This document shows positions 55,222-57,734 of a stretch of 57,734 nt of DNA, piece by piece (within the stretch, counting starts at the first letter, position 1; each line of letters starts with the position of its first letter). The DNA lies in the NCBI GenBank assembly GCA_964443295.1, contig CAYUCH010000004.1, forward strand, positions 1-57,734. The letters are read 5' to 3'. A model generated the notes under the pieces. That model was not told where the DNA came from, did not search any database, and saw only the letters and a program-made list of their open reading frames with translations. The position numbers were made by a program, and so were the translations under genes. Source of the DNA: an uncultured Desulfobulbia bacterium (GTDB taxonomy: Bacteria > Desulfobacterota > Desulfobulbia > Desulfobulbales > CG2-30-60-27).

Positions 55222-57672
55222 ATGTATGAACAGGCGGCAACTACTGACAATCACATTCAAAACATAAGGCCACCGAGGCTGGCCATAGCCATAGTCTCAG
55301 GCGCAGCTCTCGCCTACGAACTTCTGCTTATCCGACTCTTCTCAATTATCCAGTGGCATCATTTCGCATTTATGGTCATCAGCCTAGCTCTACTTGGATA
55401 TGGAGCCAGTGGCACTTTTGTAGCCTTTTTCAGAAACCGCCTTTTGAAAAACTTTAAAGCTTCCTACCTTGCTTGTGTCATTCTGTTCGGCTTTACAACT
55501 GCCCTCTGTTTTCTCATTGCCCAAAAAATCCAATTCCACCCTGAAGAGTTATTCTGGAACCCATGGCAACCCTTCAGGCTCCTTTCCATATATCTTGTTC
55601 TGGCCCTGCCCTTCTTTTTTGCCGCAACCAGTATGGCCCTGGTCCTGGCCCATTTCCACAAGCAGGTCCCACAACTCTATAGCATGGATTTATTGGGGGC
55701 CGGATTAGGCAGTCCATTTCTCATACTATTGCTCTTTGCTTTTTTCCCAGCCAAAGTACTCCTAATTCTTTCCGGTATAATTCTCCTGGCAGGGGCCATA
55801 GCGTGTCTGGAAATGGGCACACAACAACATTGGCCAATACTTGTACTGTGCCTGCTTGCTCTTATCATACAATTCCTGCCCCCATCCTGGTCAGAACTCG
55901 AGCCTTCCCCCTATAAAGAACAGAGCCAGGCCCTCCAAATCAGCGGCACTCACATCTTGGCAGAACGCTCTAGCCCATTGGCCCTTCTCACTGCAGTGGA
56001 CAGCCCTGAAGTCCCGTGGCGTCATGCCCCTGGCATGAGCCTGGTTTCGCCTGTGGAACCGCCACCTCAAATAGCACTCTTCTTCGATGGCGGCGGACTG
56101 ACGACAATTAATCAATTCAATGGTGACTTAAAACCCCTCAACTTTCTTGACCAAATGCCCTCTGCCCTGCCCTATCATCTCATAAAACCAGAAAGGGCTT
56201 TAATCCTGGGTGCCGGCGGCGGAAGTGATATCCTGCAGGCCATGTATCATGGGGTGAAAGCCATTGAGGCTGTGGAACTCAATCCCCAGGTCATTGACAT
56301 GATGAGCAATGAATTTGCCTCTTTTGCCGGTGGACTGTTCTCTAAACCGGAAGTCAATCTCCATGTGGCTGAGAGCCGTGCTTTTATCCGGCAAAATAAA
56401 AAAACCTATGACCTCATCCAGATGAACATGCTGGACTCCTTTTCCGCCTCTGCTGCAGGTCTCCATGCCTTAAATGAGAACCACTCATACACCGTAGAAG
56501 CTTTACAAGAATACCTAAAAGATCTTTCACCAAACGGATTCCTCTCCATTAGCCGTTGGCTCAAACTCCCGCCAAGAGACACCTTAAAACTTTTTGCCAC
56601 CGCCATAGAGGCTATGAAGAACCAGGGTGTCAAACAACCAGAAGACCACATGATCCTCATTCGAGGCCTGCAGACCTCTACTTTGCTGATTAAGAACTCA
56701 CCCATCCAGGAAGAAGAAATTGCCTCACTTCGCACCTTTTGTTTTGACCGTTCATTTGACATGGCATATTTCCCAGGAATACAGGCAAATGAGGCCAACC
56801 AATACAATATTTTAGCTGAACCTTTTTTCTACCAAGGAGCCGAGGCATTATTGGGTGAACATTCGGAAAACTTTCTTGATAAATACAAATTTCAACTGAA
56901 GCCGGCCACCGACGACCAGCCTTTCTTCTTTCATTTTCTTAAGTGGAATTCCATGAGCGAAATCATAGCCTTACGGGGCAAAGGAGGAATGATGCTAGTG
57001 GAGTGGGGCTATCCCATTTTACTCGCTGCCTTAATTCAAGGGTGTGTGGCCAGCCTTGTACTCATTGTTCTTCCCTTGCGGCGCTTAACGAGAAAGAGGG
57101 AGAAAAGAGCCAAGCAATGGAGGATCTTTGTCTATTTCTTCTGTCTCGGGCTTGCCTTTCTTTTTCTGGAAATCGCTCTTATGCAAAAACTGGTTCTCTT
57201 CCTGGGCCATCCTCTCTATTCGGCAGCCCTGGTTCTCAGTACCATATTGGTGTTTGCCGGCCTGGGAAGCAATGTTTCTAGAACACTTACCCAAAAACAC
57301 CATCCTCAGCAGGTAACTCAATGGGCCATTATGACCATTGTGGCCTTAGGTCTTTCTTTCGCCTTTTTCCTCACTCCTCTCATTCATAGTCTTTTGGCCC
57401 TTCCCGGTTGGTCGCGCTCACTCATTGCTATTCTGCTTCTAGCACCACCGGCCTTTGCCATGGGTATACCCTTTCCCCTTGCCCTGGCCAAACTTGGTGA
57501 CCTTGATCAGGCACTCATTCCGTGGGCATGGGGTGTCAACGGCTGTGCTTCTGTGCTCAGTGCTATCCTGGCCACTTTATTGGCCATTCATTTTGGATTT
57601 ACTGTCGTGATTCTGTGTGCTCTAGGGCTTTATGGATTGGCAGCTTTTACTTTTCCAGGGAAGAAAACTTAA
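55222..57672 (+). CDS. Multi-pass membrane protein with a central spermidine-synthase-like SAM-binding domain
   Basis: About 7 N-terminal TMs (LAYELLLIR…LYSMDLLGA); LILGAGGG.D…AVELNP…AESRAFI…YDLIQ…YTVEA…PATDDQPFF; C-terminal TMs (WAWGVNG.ASV). Confidence 0.88.
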   Translation: MYEQAATTDNHIQNIRPPRLAIAIVSGAALAYELLLIRLFSIIQWHHFAFMVISLALLGYGASGTFVAFFRNRLLKNFKASYLACVILFGFTTALCFLIAQKIQFHPEELFWNPWQPFRLLSIYLVLALPFFFAATSMALVLAHFHKQVPQLYSMDLLGAGLGSPFLILLLFAFFPAKVLLILSGIILLAGAIACLEMGTQQHWPILVLCLLALIIQFLPPSWSELEPSPYKEQSQALQISGTHILAERSSPLALLTAVDSPEVPWRHAPGMSLVSPVEPPPQIALFFDGGGLTTINQFNGDLKPLNFLDQMPSALPYHLIKPERALILGAGGGSDILQAMYHGVKAIEAVELNPQVIDMMSNEFASFAGGLFSKPEVNLHVAESRAFIRQNKKTYDLIQMNMLDSFSASAAGLHALNENHSYTVEALQEYLKDLSPNGFLSISRWLKLPPRDTLKLFATAIEAMKNQGVKQPEDHMILIRGLQTSTLLIKNSPIQEEEIASLRTFCFDRSFDMAYFPGIQANEANQYNILAEPFFYQGAEALLGEHSENFLDKYKFQLKPATDDQPFFFHFLKWNSMSEIIALRGKGGMMLVEWGYPILLAALIQGCVASLVLIVLPLRRLTRKREKRAKQWRIFVYFFCLGLAFLFLEIALMQKLVLFLGHPLYSAALVLSTILVFAGLGSNVSRTLTQKHHPQQVTQWAIMTIVALGLSFAFFLTPLIHSLLALPGWSRSLIAILLLAPPAFAMGIPFPLALAKLGDLDQALIPWAWGVNGCASVLSAILATLLAIHFGFTVVILCALGLYGLAAFTFPGKKT

Positions 57673-57684
57673 AGAGCAGTCATT

Positions 57685-57734
57685 TAACAACCACCCCTAG
57701 AAGGGGTGGATTAAAAGGTGACCCTAAAAGGGTT
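57685..57734. mobile_element. Possible IS200/IS605-family end (tandem short hairpins) at the window edge
   Basis: CCACCCCT-AGA-AGGGGTGG (57691-57709) and ACCCT-AAA-AGGGT (57721-57733); no transposase inside the window. Confidence 0.4.

Overview
Bacterial chromosomal window, probably from a Desulfobacterota (Desulfobulbales-like) genome. This assignment is inferred from gene order and protein sequence style and was not verified. The left 27 kb is a fully co-oriented (minus-strand) accessory surface locus. It starts with a sigma54-type promoter and a one-piece Agl-Glt-like machinery: a TolQ/ExbB motor subunit, two TolR/ExbD subunits, and GltF-, GltG-, OM beta-barrel-, GltC- and GltD-like genes. 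These run directly into an Mts-like set (propeller lipoprotein, thrombospondin-3 protein, VWA/MIDAS lipoprotein) and a PPC-repeat lipoprotein. A second, near-identical sigma54 promoter then precedes a 1967-aa multi-domain surface protein, a GH5 lipoprotein and a degraded LRR lipoprotein. One ExbD-type subunit has Asn at the normally essential transmembrane Asp. The middle holds putA, an orphan lipoprotein and a one-gene insertion bounded by a duplicated tRNA-Pro 3' end. Core genes follow: merR-like, ihfA, pheT, pheS, rplT, rpmI, infC, thrS, tRNA-Val, recR, ybaB, dnaX, ffs, tRNA-Ser and tadA. On the plus strand are fabZ-fabI-oleABCD (olefin biosynthesis), pcm and a membrane spermidine-synthase-like protein. 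Several long palindromic non-coding elements sit exactly at stop codons, and both window ends look like IS termini. All family calls come from motif recognition by eye; no database search was run.
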